This document shows positions 24,249 to 37,010 of a stretch of DNA of 64,000 nt, piece after piece. Each line of letters starts with the position of its first letter. Position 1 is the stretch's first letter. The position numbers and the translations under genes are program-made. The notes below the pieces were generated by a model, which had not been told where the DNA came from, did not search any database, and saw only the letters and a list, made by a program, of their open reading frames with translations. The stretch is from Pavona decussata (lineage: Eukaryota): contig CDRNST010000006.1 of assembly GCA_977016875.1 (NCBI GenBank), positions 6,696,001 to 6,760,000 of the forward strand, written 5' to 3'.

Positions 24249-27104
24249 CTTTAGCTCTCCTTGAATTACCGTTCTGAATTTAGTTCAAAGAACAAAAAAA
24301 GGATTTGGAAGGTTCTTTGCTGACCAAAGATCTCGTCAACAAGCGAGCTGGCCAGGCTATGTGTTACAAATATGCTACGTATACCAAACTATGCTAAATA
24401 AATCGAAAACTTAACATGTTTCGTGAAGACAAAAGAAAAAAAGAGCTATGGGTTAAAATCAGCTGTGACAATCAAATCTTTGTCTTTCTCTTTTTTCTGT
24501 AAATTATTAGAAGTTTATTGACCCGTATTCAAGAGCTTCATACGCTAATATTAACAGATAATAGGGTAAAATAGTTGAGAAGTTACAAGTTGAATGCCAG
24601 GTTTACAAAAGGAAAGTGTATAGGTAATAACTTATTTAAATGTAAAATGTGATAGGAAAACATCACTGCGGGAGGGAGATGGCGACTTAATTATTTTCCG
24701 ACAACTTATCTTGACCGGTGTCTCGCTGCCACTGGACTGCTTGAAAGCGGCCTAGATTGAAAATTGACTCTTTTCTGGAAACATTAAGAAACAAATTTAT
24801 TTACTGGGAAATAACTCAGAGATAATTTCGCTACCCTATAAGATTCAATTCAAGGAAAGTTAAGGGCGCCAGGATAAATATCAGAACTTTGGCGAAAACA
24901 TTTCACGTGATTTCATGCGTGATCAATCATGTGTACGAAGATCGCCGGCACTGATTTGTCCGCAACATTTTAGACCAGTTAAGGAAACAATTGGCGCACA
25001 AAGCTGTTAGAAACAACTTGTCAATTTCAATGTAAACTTCCGCAAGGCAGTGCTCAAAGTTGTATTGTTTAGTCACTAAACCGAAAAATATATACATGGA
25101 GGCATCTTGCGCAGTTTCTTGAATTGGATGCAGCAAATATTTCAGCCAGCGGTGTGATGTCTGTTGGCGTGTAGCGTATTTGAAACAGTCGCGTGAGCGC
25201 TGCGCTCCAAGAGAAAGAAAAAAAAAATATCAATAGATCCTACAGACATGGTGGATTGTTTACCCGAGAATACCTACAGCGGAAATCTTTAAGACATAAT
25301 ATTAATTCACCTCGGTAATAAATTGAAATATCCATTATTTGAGACCTCAGTCGCTATAAGAGTCCTACACTCAACCTTTGACTTTCGCTGAAATAATTTT
25401 TGGAAGTAATCTGAAGGGGCCAACGCACTATTTTGTTTTGTTCTTTAATGCCAAATATCCGTTAATAACAGAAAGAAAACGATGCGGTAAACGTTGCGAT
25501 GATTAATCGGATGCGATAATCGATGCGGTTGCTACTAAAATTGAACAAAATATAAGTTACTACAGCAAAAAGGGCGAACACTGAAAATAGACAAGTACCA
25601 AGAAATAACAAAATAAGCAGAAATGAACAGCTAAAGTGATACTTACAAACGTTATATGGCCTTTGATAACTGACAAAAGGGGCGATTTAGTAAACGCAAG
25701 AACCTAAAACTGTATTCTCCAAAGACAAAGCGAGAATGAATAAAAAAGCAAAGGCGCGAATTTATACTGATTAACTACTGAACAATTGACGAAGTTATGC
25801 AGAAAAACTAACAGAATAATATTGAAAACGACATACAAGTGTGACACAAAAAATGTTTCTAGAAAACAGAGGAGCTCGTTTAAAAAGAATGCGGCCGCAA
25901 CATAATTTCATTTGCCATCGGATTCCAATACAAGTAGGGCGCTTTGCGCCACGTTTGACTTACTTCAAAATGGCGGCCAATCAGTCAGATGAGAGAGCCT
26001 ACATTCAATCATGATTCCCTCTAAGGAGCTTCTGCAATGCGAAAAGCGCGCTCACCAAGCCCACAAGCTATTAAGTCGGACATCTAGGCGAGTTTGCGGA
26101 ATTAGGATATGGCTAATACAACATGCATTTTATAGTTGACAGTTGAAGTCAATCACATGGTTATAATCTGGTTAAGTCTAGTTTTCAACAACGACGCAAG
26201 CGAAAGCGCAACGATTTATTTTTCAGCACAAGCACAAGTCATGAGACGCAAGCTCCAGAGTGAAGCTGGTGCTGTTCAGTGTGTTTTAATGAACTCTTGG
26301 TGTTAATTGTGCTTGTGCCTGTTGGTCGGTAGTGAATTTAATGAAACAAACTTCATCTCTTCGATATCGTTTTAGTCTATATTGAACCAACATGACTATT
26401 CCTTCCGGTCATTTTATGAGTAAACGGAATTTCCGAGCAGAACAGGGTCAAGGCTTAAACTATTTACTGCTGGGAACTCTCGGCACAGATGGATGTCTTC
26501 TGAGACAGCGAAGGCACCTTCTAAAATTCCTGTTACTTTGCGTATTCCAGCTATGATTGAGTTCCTTTATGATGAAAGTCAGACGCCTCAATTAAAATTT
26601 CCTTTGACAGGAAACGTATCAGTCCCCATAGACTTGATAAAAAACCTTATAAATCGCCTAGGTGTTGCGTTCAACAATACATTAATGAAAATGTCAGGTT
26701 GTGTAGCTTACATAATCTGCAGCACACAAATCACATGAGAATAAGCATACCACGCACTGTTGTTTTACGATTTGAGACTTGATTTCTTTCTCGTGCCAGT
26801 CGCCGGCGATACTGGTTGTAGGGTAGATCTCACATTTGCCATTAAACCGTTTTGGCTAAAGTTTGATCCTTAAACGGAAAGCTGATTCTGATCGCTTTGC
26901 TTTCTTCAGTTCAGTTTTTTCGACAAAGTATTCTGGAGAAAGTTGTTTATGGTGTAGTTTATTAGGCCCACAGGATAGTCAAGCCGCGCACAGATAGAAC
27001 GTAATCTGGTGCATTCTTGGTTGAAAGCTTCAGTTGTAGACTAGGGTATGTGCATTATTGATCATTATTTTTAATAGCAAACCTTTCGTTATAGCGTTTA
27101 TCCG

Positions 27105-27700
27105 TGTGGCAATGGGAGAGATCTTGCAGAGGTGGAAAGGTTTCTATTTTTTTGGGACAGCAATTAGATTATCTGATGGAACTGAAGAAACTATTAAGGC
27201 AAGGATGAGAAATGAGCAAGCTGCACTCTTTCGATTGAGATATATTTAAAGAAGCAGTCAATTCAACAAGAACACTAAGCTAGGATCATTAAGTATAACT
27301 CACTAGCTTTACTCTTTTAGGGCTGTGAGACATGGCGGATAATTAAAAAAGACGGGGCAAAGTTAGACGTGTTCTTTATGCAGGTGCCTATAATGTATGT
27401 CAAACATATATCGGCCAATGAGAGTGGCAAGTGAAAAATTAGACAGCTAGCAAAGATATAGGAAATCGGTCAGCAGGTACAAAAGAAGCGGGGGCAGCTG
27501 ATTGGACATGTGCTAAAGATGAATACAAACAAACACCCAAAAGTAGCGCTCGCTTGGACTCTTGAGGGTGTGAACGACGCGAAAAGCCGGACCAAAAGAG
27601 ACCTGGAGACGGAAGGCTAGAGAGGGAAAGCACAGAGTAAGGTTCCATAAGCTGGTGCAATGCAGCCGGGATTGCACAAAAGACAGAACCCAGGACACAG
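27105..27700 (+). mobile_element. Old degenerate RTE-clade LINE 3' fragment, duplicated with the type B spacer (also ~32615-33295 and ~50635-51740)
   Basis: Broken translation ...DGTEETIKARM...NTKL...LLxGCETW...LDVF...LIGHVL...ALAWTLEG...RPKETWRR, typical of RTE ORF C-termini; many stops and frameshifts. Confidence 0.7.
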
Positions 27701-28840
27701 TCGGAGAGAAGTTACATGTGCTGTTTGTGTCTGTTTTGATTGGCCAGAGCGCATTGATAACTTTGGTGTTGGTGCCACGTCACACGCGGTTGAAAACCAC
27801 TGTGCAGTAAGGACAGCACACGGGATTGCTTCTCTTTTCCATACGGTATAAATTTTCATGGTATTAAAGTGTTAAATAGAAAGGCTGTTTTACATGTAAG
27901 ACGCAGTTGTAAGCAGAAGCACAAGAGCACAAGCAACCTGTTTGTAAATTGACCGATGTATCGCTGCATCGCCTTTATTAAAATGGTATGAAGCAAGCAA
28001 GACCGAAATGGGAAACACACTGAACAGCGCCCTAGTAGTGTACCAACCTGTGTAAACGTGCCGAACAAAATATTGTCCTATGGCGCATGCGTTGTTCCTG
28101 TTGTCCCTTAGTCCTTTAGAAAGCGGGAAAAGTGGGGTGGGAGGGAGGGGGTGTAGTTCTCAAATATAGGAAGTGGGTAATCCTAAAGGAAGTGACGGAA
28201 TCGGAGAAGACTGAGGAAAAAAAACGGAAAGAATGAACGTATCGCAAAGTACCCCTCCGAAAATAACTCCACCCAAAGAAGGGCCCCAAATCTCTATTAT
28301 CTTCGATGATAAACCCAATGGACTACAGCTGAACCCATGGACTGTTGAGAGTTTCTGTTATGCTATTATTTCGTGTTTGACGATAATTTTTGTTCTTCAA
28401 GCCCAATCAACTTTCGGTCCTTCAATATGAACACACAAAAATGTTGTGTTGATGCTGGTGAGAAGTTAGGGCGCTGTTGGTCCTTCCTTAGACACGCTAC
28501 TGGTCAGTTCTATATGAGGGACGTTTCACAAGTACACAATTCTATGATTAAAATAAGTTTCATTTGGCAGTTGCCCGGTAGAAACAAGAAACAAGTTTTC
28601 ATTCGTCACTCGCATTTTCCATTTTTTTTTTCTTTCCTTTGTTTTGTCACTGTTTTTTGTTTCACTAAACATGATCCATTTCAGACGCTCTGAGATGATT
28701 AGCAAAATCTTTATTAATGTATGACTGTCAGACTACATAATTTCGTTTCTTTATCATCTACGGATCACAGATTGTTCTAAATTAAGTCCGGGGTGAAATG
28801 CTGCGACCCCGTTTAACACGCTGTTACATCTGTGAACGCA

Positions 28841-30306
28841 TCAGAGATGAGCTCCCAACCACCACTGGGTGGTAGATTGGCTTCCCTGTGTGCAGCGGAA
28901 CTTTGGGTTGATGTAGTTATAGTAGCCAAAGTTGTCTTCCTCTTTCACTGAACCCGTCTTTGGCTTAAACTGACAGGTAGCGTATGTACTGTCAGTATGC
29001 AGAGACTGGACGTTAGCGGTCTGCCAAAAAGGTACCGTTTGGTGGATCCCGATATGTCCGCGAATGTTGATGTATTCAACTTTTTTACATTTGTTGTTAC
29101 CATTGTAATCCACAATGTTGAAGTCGTTGAAGTTTCCACGAAGGTAATCTCTGAAATCGACGCCGTGGGTCGGGTAGCTGCATGTTGCTCGCCAGTGAGT
29201 GGAGTGACTCTGTAGGGACTTCATTCGTGTCAAACTCAGGCGGTACAGATTCCAGTTCTGTGCGTTCTCGTTCACTGGAGAGTTGTACTTGAAAGGAATC
29301 TTGTGAAAAGCGGGAAGCTTACGATTTAGAGTACTCCAAGACATGACTAGGGTCCAGGCAGTGCCAGGCTCGGACTTGAGATCACAGTAAGCCGGGTAAC
29401 TGTTTCCGCCATTATCGTAAAGCCTGTATACGCCACATTTTGAGGCTCCTCTCAGCAGATAATCAAGGCAGGAGGTTGGACGGAAGAGTTTTTGCTGAAT
29501 TTTAGTTGATTTAGGACAATCGTCTCCCTAGGAAAAAAAAAAACGAAAAAAAAATTAAAATCGTTGACTTTTTTGGCGAAAAATATTTTATATCGCAATA
29601 ATCTCCAGGACTCCAGTAATGTACATATTCAAAAATTTATTTATACATTCGATCATATATTTTGTAATCTTTTTAATAAAATATCTTTAAAAGCGACTGA
29701 ACGAAACAACAGAAAATGAATAAACGTTTAACTTGGCAAATTTCAGGAAAAACTCAAAAGTTAAACATCAGTGTATGAAGTATTTTACCTCGCATCCCAG
29801 TGTAACAACTCGTTTGTGCCGTTTGTGGTCAGCAGCTGCTGCAAGTGCCTGGAAGATGAAGAAAGATTTCAAACTTCGATAGTTTAATAGTAAAGATCAT
29901 ATTCTTGTACGTAAACTCAGTCACGGGATTTTGTCCATCGAATAACTGAGATCCTGAGATTCCTGTGATTTTTTTGGGTTATTAATGGTAAAAAGCGTGA
30001 GCAATTAAATTATGTTTCTTGGTTATGCGACGACCTTACTAAGCAAAACTATAGACAAACATAAGCCCAATTTTTCTGCACTCTATAATCGTTATCAGTA
30101 ACGTAAACATAGGCTAAATAACTGGCATTTTACGGGTTAGATCCATGCATCGCTCGCCTGCTGAAACTTGATTTCCTTCCCAACTGCAAAATGTTGAACT
30201 CGGTGATAATTTTGCAGATATAGAACTAAATAAGGTCGTTCGATTAATATAAAATGCTTACGAGAAAAGTGATGCCAATAAAAGCTGCGATTATCTTAAA
30301 TGTCAT
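28841..30306 (-). CDS. g3: secreted fibrinogen-related protein, 263 aa; exons 30306-30262, 29848-29789, 29527-28841
   Basis: MTFKIIAAFIGITFL/ALAAAADHKRHKRVVTLGCE/GDDCPK...; intact. Confidence 0.9.
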
Positions 30307-31165
30307 CGTTAGCTCTCCTTGAAATACCGCTTTGAATTTAGCTCAAAGAAGGAAAAAGGATTTGGAAGCTTCGTTGCTGACCAAAGATCTCCTTAACAAA
30401 CGGACAGGCTAGGCTGTGTGTTACTGAAAAATAGGCTACGTATACCAAAGTATGCAAATAAATCGAAAACTTAACATGTTTCGTGAAGACAAAGGGAACA
30501 AGGAGCTATGCGTTTAAATGCTGTGACAATCATATCTTTGTCTTTGTCTTTTTCTGTAAATTATTAGAAGTTTATTGACCCGTATTCAAGAGCTTCAAAC
30601 GCTAATATTAACAGACAATAGGGTAAAATAGTTATCAGAAGTTACAAGTTGAATGCTAGGTTTACAAAAGGAAAGTCTATAGGTAATAAAACGTGGTAGG
30701 AAAACATTACTGCAGGGGGGACGGCGACTTTATTGTTTTTCCGATAACTTATCTTGACCGGTGACTCGCTGCCAGTGGACTGCTTGAAAGCGGCCTGGAT
30801 TGAAAATTTACTCTTTTTTGGAAACATTAAGAAACAAATTTATTTACTGGGAAATAACTCAGAGATAATTTCGCTTCCCTCTAAGATTTAATTAAAGGAA
30901 CGTAAAGGGCGCCAGGATAAACATCAGAACTTTGGCGAACGCATTTCACGTGATTTCATGCGTGATCGATCATGCGCATGAAGATCGCCGGCACTGATTT
31001 GTCGGCAACATTTTAGACCAGTTAAGGAAACAATTGGTGCACAAAGCTGTTAGAGAAAACTTGTCAATTTCAATGTAAACCTCCCCAAGGCAGTGTTCAA
31101 AGTTGTATTGTTTAGTCACTAAACCGAAAAATATGCATGGAAGCATTTTGCGCAGTTTCTTGAAT

Positions 31166-31349
31166 AGGCCATTTTCATGATGGCGTCATTTTACTACAAC
31201 TACCAGAATTCATTTCGTTTTCCTTTTTAAATTTAAATTTTCTAATCCCAGTGGACAGCAAAGAACAATAGCTCTAATTAGCATGAGAAAACAAAAACCA
31301 GAAGGATTCTGGTAGTTGTAGTAAAATGACGCCATAGTGAAAATGTCCC
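31166..31349. mobile_element. MITE (184 bp) inserted at an AATT site, AT-flanked
   Basis: ~45-bp imperfect TIRs (aggccattttcatgatggcgtcattttactacaactaccagaat / attctggtagttgtagtaaaatgacgccatagtgaaaatgtccc); empty site 'ttcttgaattggatgc' at ~25116 and ~48674. Confidence 0.88.
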
Positions 31350-32799
31350 ATTGGATGCAGCAAATATTTCAGCCAGCGGTGTGGTGTGCGCTGGCGTGTA
31401 GCGTATTTGAAACAGTCACCTGAGCGCTATGCTCCAAGAAGAAAGAAATCGATAGATCCTACAGACCTGGTGGATTGTTTACCCGAGAATACCTACAGTG
31501 GAAACCTTAAAGACAAAATTTTAATTCATGTCGGTAATAAATTAAAATATCCATTATTTGAGACCTCAGTCGCTATAAGAATCCCACACTCAACCTTTGA
31601 CTTTCGCTGAAATAATTTTTGGAAGTAATCTGAAGGGGCCTAAAAACCATTGCTACAACGCGCTTTTTGTTTTTGTTCTTTAATGCCAAATATCCTTAAA
31701 TAACAGAAAGAAAACGATGCGGTAAACGTTGCGATAATCAATCGGATAACATAATCGATGCGGTTGCTAGAAAATTGAACAAAGAAAATACAAGTGACTA
31801 CAGCAAATGGGCGAACAAACAAAAATGGTCAAGAACATAGAAATAACAAAATAAGCAGAAATGAAAAGCTAAAGCGATACTTACAAACGTTATATGGCCT
31901 TTGAAAAACAGACAAAAGAAACGATATAGAAAACGCAGAAAAACCTAAAACTGTATTCTCCAAAGCACAAAACGAGAATGAATAAAAAAAAACAAAGATG
32001 CGAATTTATACTAATGAACTACGAAACAATAGACGAAGTTATGCAGAAAAAACTAACAGAATAATATTGAAAACGACAAACAAGTGTGACACAAAAAATG
32101 TTTCTAGAAAACGAGGAGCTCGTTTAAAAAGAATGCGGCCGCAACATCATTTCATTTTCCATCGGATTCCAATACAAGTAGCATACTTTGTGCCACGTTT
32201 GACCTAATTCCAAATGGCGGCCAATCAGTCACGTGAGAGAGCTTACATTCAATCATGATTCCCTTCTGCAACGCGAAAAGATCGCGAGCTTGGGGCATTA
32301 GGATATGGCTAATACAACATTTTATAGTCGGAAGTCAATCACATGGTTGTAATCTGGTTAAGCCATGGGAGGCCGATTGTGATCACTTCGCTTTCTTCAG
32401 TCAAGCTTTTTCGTTTTCTTTATCTGACAAAGTATTCTGGAGAAAGTTGTTGATGGTGTAGTTTATTAGGCCCATAGGATAGTCAAGCCACGCACAGATA
32501 GAACGTAATCTGGTGCATTCTTGGTTGAAAGCTTCAGTTGCAGACTAGAGTATATGAATTATTGATCACTGTTTTTTTAATAGTAAACCTTTCTTTATAG
32601 CGTTTATTCGTGAGGCAATGGGAGAGATCTTGTAGAGGTGGAAAGGTTTGTATTTTTTGGTACAGCAATTACATTATCTGATGGAACTGAAGAAACTATT
32701 AAGGCAAGGATGAGAAATGAGCAAGCTGCATTCTTCCGGTTGAGAGTAGACTAAAGGAGTTAAAGTCAATCCAACAAGAACTAGAAGCTAGGATTATTA

Positions 32800-32832
<33 letters not shown>

Positions 32833-33635
32833 ATTTTAAGTCCAGCGAAGAAGCTCTACTCTTATATGTCTGTGAGACATGGCCCATAATGAAAAAGACG
32901 GGGAAAAATTAAACGTCTTCTTTTACAGGTGTCTCCGATGTAGGTTGAAGATATGTCGGCCAATGAGAGTGTCAAGTGAAAAAATTAGACAGCAAAGATC
33001 TAGGAAACCGGTCAACAGGTACAAAGGAAGCGGGGGCAGCTAATCGGACATGTGCGAAAGATGAATACAAACAAACAAACACCCAAAAGTAACACTCGCT
33101 TGGACTCTTGAGGGTGTGAACGACGCAGAGGCTAGGCCGCCCGAAAGAGACCTGGCCGGCGAATGAGACAGAAAAGTAGAGAGGGAAGGCACAGAGTGAG
33201 GTTCCATAATTATAAGCTGGTTCAATGCAACCAGGCTTGCACAAAAGACTGAACCGAGGACATAGTCGGGGAGAAGGAAGACCATGAATAAACACAGGCA
33301 GAAGCACAAGAAATTAATGCGTTAATTGACCGATGGTGTAGAAAGTAACTTTTGTTTGTTTTGGTTGTGCCTTACGTTTCATGGTTGGGTAAAGTAACTC
33401 GGCCACTATTTCAACCAGTTATAATGAAAACAAACCGTGAAGCTATCGTGGCTTGCTCACGCGCGTTTTTCCGCGCGTGGCTTCAGTTACATACGCTGTT
33501 TGTGTCTGTTTTGATTGGCCAAAGCGCATCAATAACTTTGGTGTTGGTGCTGCGTTACATGGTTACATGGTCCCACACAGGATTGTTTCTCTTTTCCACA
33601 GGGTAAAATTTTCATAGTAAAAAAGTGTTAAATAT

Positions 33636-33816
33636 AAAGGCTGTTTTCAAAAGGACGTAAAAGCAGCAATTTTCTAACAATCTTAATGAAGAGAACAAGA
33701 CTTTTAAATTTGAAAGACATGTAATTCCATCCGTAAGCTGACGATGGCACAGGAGTTGCCGAAACATGTCTTTCAAATTTAAAAGTCTTGTTCTCTTCAT
33801 TAAGAAAGGCTGTTTT
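33636..33816 (+). mobile_element. Mini-insertion with 12-bp direct repeats, a 42-bp perfect inverted repeat and a hammerhead-like core; probable Penelope-like element end
   Basis: AAAGGCTGTTTT at 33636-33647 and 33805-33816 (single copy in sister units at ~27880 and ~52789); inverted arms 33681-33722 and 33764-33805. Confidence 0.7.
33734..33774 (+). ncRNA. Putative minimal hammerhead ribozyme motif (Penelope type)
   Basis: CUGACGA-U-GGCA(CAGGAGU)UGCC-GAAA-CAUG-UC: intact catalytic core, 4-bp stem II, palindromic ACAUGU mini stem III, GUC cleavage triplet; stem I is weak (about 3 bp). Confidence 0.6.
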
Positions 33817-34868
33817 ACATGTAAGACGCAGTTGTAAGCAGAAGCCAAGAGCACAAGCAACCTGTTTGTAAATTGACCGATTAATCGCTGCATCGCCTTT
33901 ATTAAACTGGTATGAAGCAAGCAAGACCGGAATGGGAAACACACTGAACAGCGCCCTGGTAGTGTACCAACCTGTTAAACGTGACGAACAAAATATTGTC
34001 CTATGGCGCATGCGTTGTTCCTGTTGTCCCTTAGTCCTTTAGAAAGCGGGGAAAGTGGGGAGGGAGGGGGGGGGGGGCATAGTTCTCAAATATAGGAAGT
34101 GGGTAATCCTAAAGGAAGTGACGGAATCGGAGAAAACTGAGGAAAAGAAAAAAAAAGGAAATAATGAAAGTATCGCAAAGTACCCCTCCGAAAATAACTC
34201 CACCCAAAGAAGGGCCCCAAATCTCTATTATCTTCGATGATAAACCTAACAGACTACAGCTGAACCCATGGACTGTTGAGGGTTTCTGTTAGGCAGTTAT
34301 TTCGTGTTTGACGATAATTTATGTTCTTCAAGCCCAATCAATTCGAAATCCGCAAATCGACTTTCCAATATCAAGCGCCGCTTTCAGCCAACAAGCCTAC
34401 ACGAACCGAGACCCGTTCTGGTATTGAAAATTTTACAAAGTGTGCGGAAAAAACTCTCGGTCCTTCAATATGAACACAAAAAGGTTATGTTGATGTTAGT
34501 GAGAAGTTAGGGTACTGTTGGTCCTTCCTTAGACACGCTACTGGTCAGTTCTATATGAGGGACATTTCACAAGTACACAATTCTGTGATTAAAATAATTT
34601 TCATTTGGCAGTTGCCAGGTAGAAACAAGTTTTCATTCGTCACTCACATTATCCATATTTTTTTCTTTCCTTTGTTTTTTCACTGTTTTTTGTTTCACTA
34701 AACATGATCCATTTCAGACGCTCTGAGATGATTAGCAAAATCTTTATTAATGTATGACTGTCAGACTACATAATTTCGTTTCTTTATACGGATCAAAGTT
34801 TGTTCTAAATCAAGTCCGGGGTGAAATGCTGTGACCCCGTTTAACACGCTGTTACATCTGTGAACGCA

Positions 34869-36443
34869 TCAGAGATGAGCTCCCAACCACCACTGGGTGG
34901 TAGATTGGCTTCCCTGTGTGCAGCGGAACTTGGGGTTGATTCGCTCATAGTGGCCAAAGTTGTCTTCCCCACTGACTGACCCCGACTTTGGCCTAAACTG
35001 ACAGGTAACGTATGTACTGTCAGTATGCAGAAAGTGGCCGTTAGCAGTCTGCCAAAAAGGTACCGTTTGATGGATCCCGATGTGTCCGCGGATGTTAATG
35101 TATTCAACTTTCTTGCATTTGTTACCACCAATATAATCGACAATGTTGAAGTCCTTGAAGCTTCCACGAACGTAATCTCTGAAATCGACGCCGTGGGTCG
35201 GGTAGCTGCATGTTGCTCGCCAGTGAGTGGAGTGACTCTGTAGGGACTTCATTCGTGCCAAACTCAGGCGGTACAGATTCCAATTCTGTGCGTTCTCGTT
35301 CACTGGAGAGTTGTACTTGAAAGGAATCTTGTGAAAAGCGGGAAGCTTACGATTTAGAGTACTCCAGGAGGTGATTAGGGTCCAGGCGGTGCCAGGCTCG
35401 GACTTGAGATCACAGTAAGCCGGGTAACTGTTTCCGCCATTGTCGTAAAGTCTGTAGACGCCACATTTTGAGGCTCCTCTCAGCAGATAATCAAGGCAGG
35501 AGGTTGGACGAAAGAGTTTTCGCTCAACTTTAGTTGATTTAGGACAACCATCTCCCTAGAAAAAAAAAAGAGAAAAAAAAAAAAAACAAAAAAACAAAAA
35601 CAAACAAAGAATTAAAATCGTTGACCTTTTTGGCACGAGAAATATCGCAATATTGTCCACGACTGCGGTAATGTACAGATCAGTTCAAACATTGGCATTG
35701 TGAGGAGCGAGTTCAGGGATCAGCGTGGTTGACCGGATTTTGTTGTTGCAATTGCTCTGATTTTTAATCTTTCCCGGATTCAGGACAGTTTGATATCCCG
35801 ATCGTATTTTTATTTATTTATTTATTTTTACAAAAATTTCTTAAAAACCGACTGCAATTACAAAAATAGATAGACTTGGGAGCTTTCACTCGGCAAGAAA
35901 AACTGGAAACTTAAACATCAGTGTGTGAAGTATTTTACCTTGCATCCCAGTGTAAGAACTCGTTTGTGCCGTCTGTGCTCAGCAGCTGCTGCAAGTGCCT
36001 AGAAGATGAAGAAAGATTTTAAATTTAGACAGTTGAAGAGTGAAGAACATATTCTTGTAGATAAATCAGTCACGGGATTTTGTCCATCGAATAACTGAGA
36101 TCCTGAGATTCCTGCGATTTTGTAGGTTAAAAAAGGTAAACGGCGTGAGTAATTATAATGTAATTTCAAATTTCTTGGTTATTCGGCGTTACTAAGCAAA
36201 ACTATAGACGAGAGTATTAAGCCCTAAAATAGGCTAAATAAAACGGTCATTTCCTTCCTTTCCGGGTTACGTAGGTCCATGCATGGCTTGCCGGTTTGAA
36301 TTTCGTTCCTAACATTTTGAGTTTGGTGATATTTTGCACGTTTAACACAGGGAAAGATCGTTATATGAATAGTTTTGTGTCGCAGACAAATCACTTACGA
36401 GAAAAGTGATGCCAATAAAAGCCGCGATTATCTTAAATCCCAT
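34869..36443 (-). CDS. g4: secreted fibrinogen-related protein, 263 aa; exons 36443-36399, 35998-35939, 35555-34869
   Basis: MGFKIIAAFIGITFL/ALAAAAEHRRHKRVLTLGCK/GDGCPK...; intact. Confidence 0.9.
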
Positions 36444-36915
36444 CGTTAGATTTCCGCGAAATACCGTTTTGAATTCAACTCGAAGAAAAACCAGGGTTTG
36501 AACACCGCTTCGTTGCTGACCGCAAGTATCTCCTCAACAAGCGAGCAGTCTAGGCTGTGTTATATTACGTAGCACCAAAATATCAGGTAAATAAATCAAA
36601 AACACGAAAACGTATTCCACCGAACATGTTTTGTGTATTAGACAAACGAAGCAAAAAAATTCGGTTGTTGCTGTGACAACTTGATGTCAACCGGAGTGTG
36701 CCATTTTCATTTTTCTTGCATGGTTCGTTTCTAGAGCAGTGCACGGCAAGCAAGGTGTTAAGTGTGGGATCATTTATTTATCCAAGAGACAACTTGAAAG
36801 TGAATGAAAATTCTGTCGATAAAAAGCATTATTATTCTTGTTGACTGCTGAAAAGTTTTTTGTTTTTGATTTTGGGGTTTTTGGTTAAGCTGAATGCATT
36901 ATTTTGAGTCGGAGC

Positions 36916-37010
36916 AAACAATAAATTTGAAACTTCAGTACTCCTGGAGTACTGAAGTTTCAAATTTATTGTTTCTTTCTCGCAGGATGAAGTTCATCCT
37001 GCGAGAAAGA
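36916..37010. repeat. Two adjacent perfect palindromes (29-bp and 18-bp arms, 1-nt loops) created by a ~47-bp templated insertion
   Basis: Arms 36916-36944/36946-36974 and 36974-36991/36993-37010; absent from sister copies at ~13926, ~55857 and ~63838. Confidence 0.9.
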
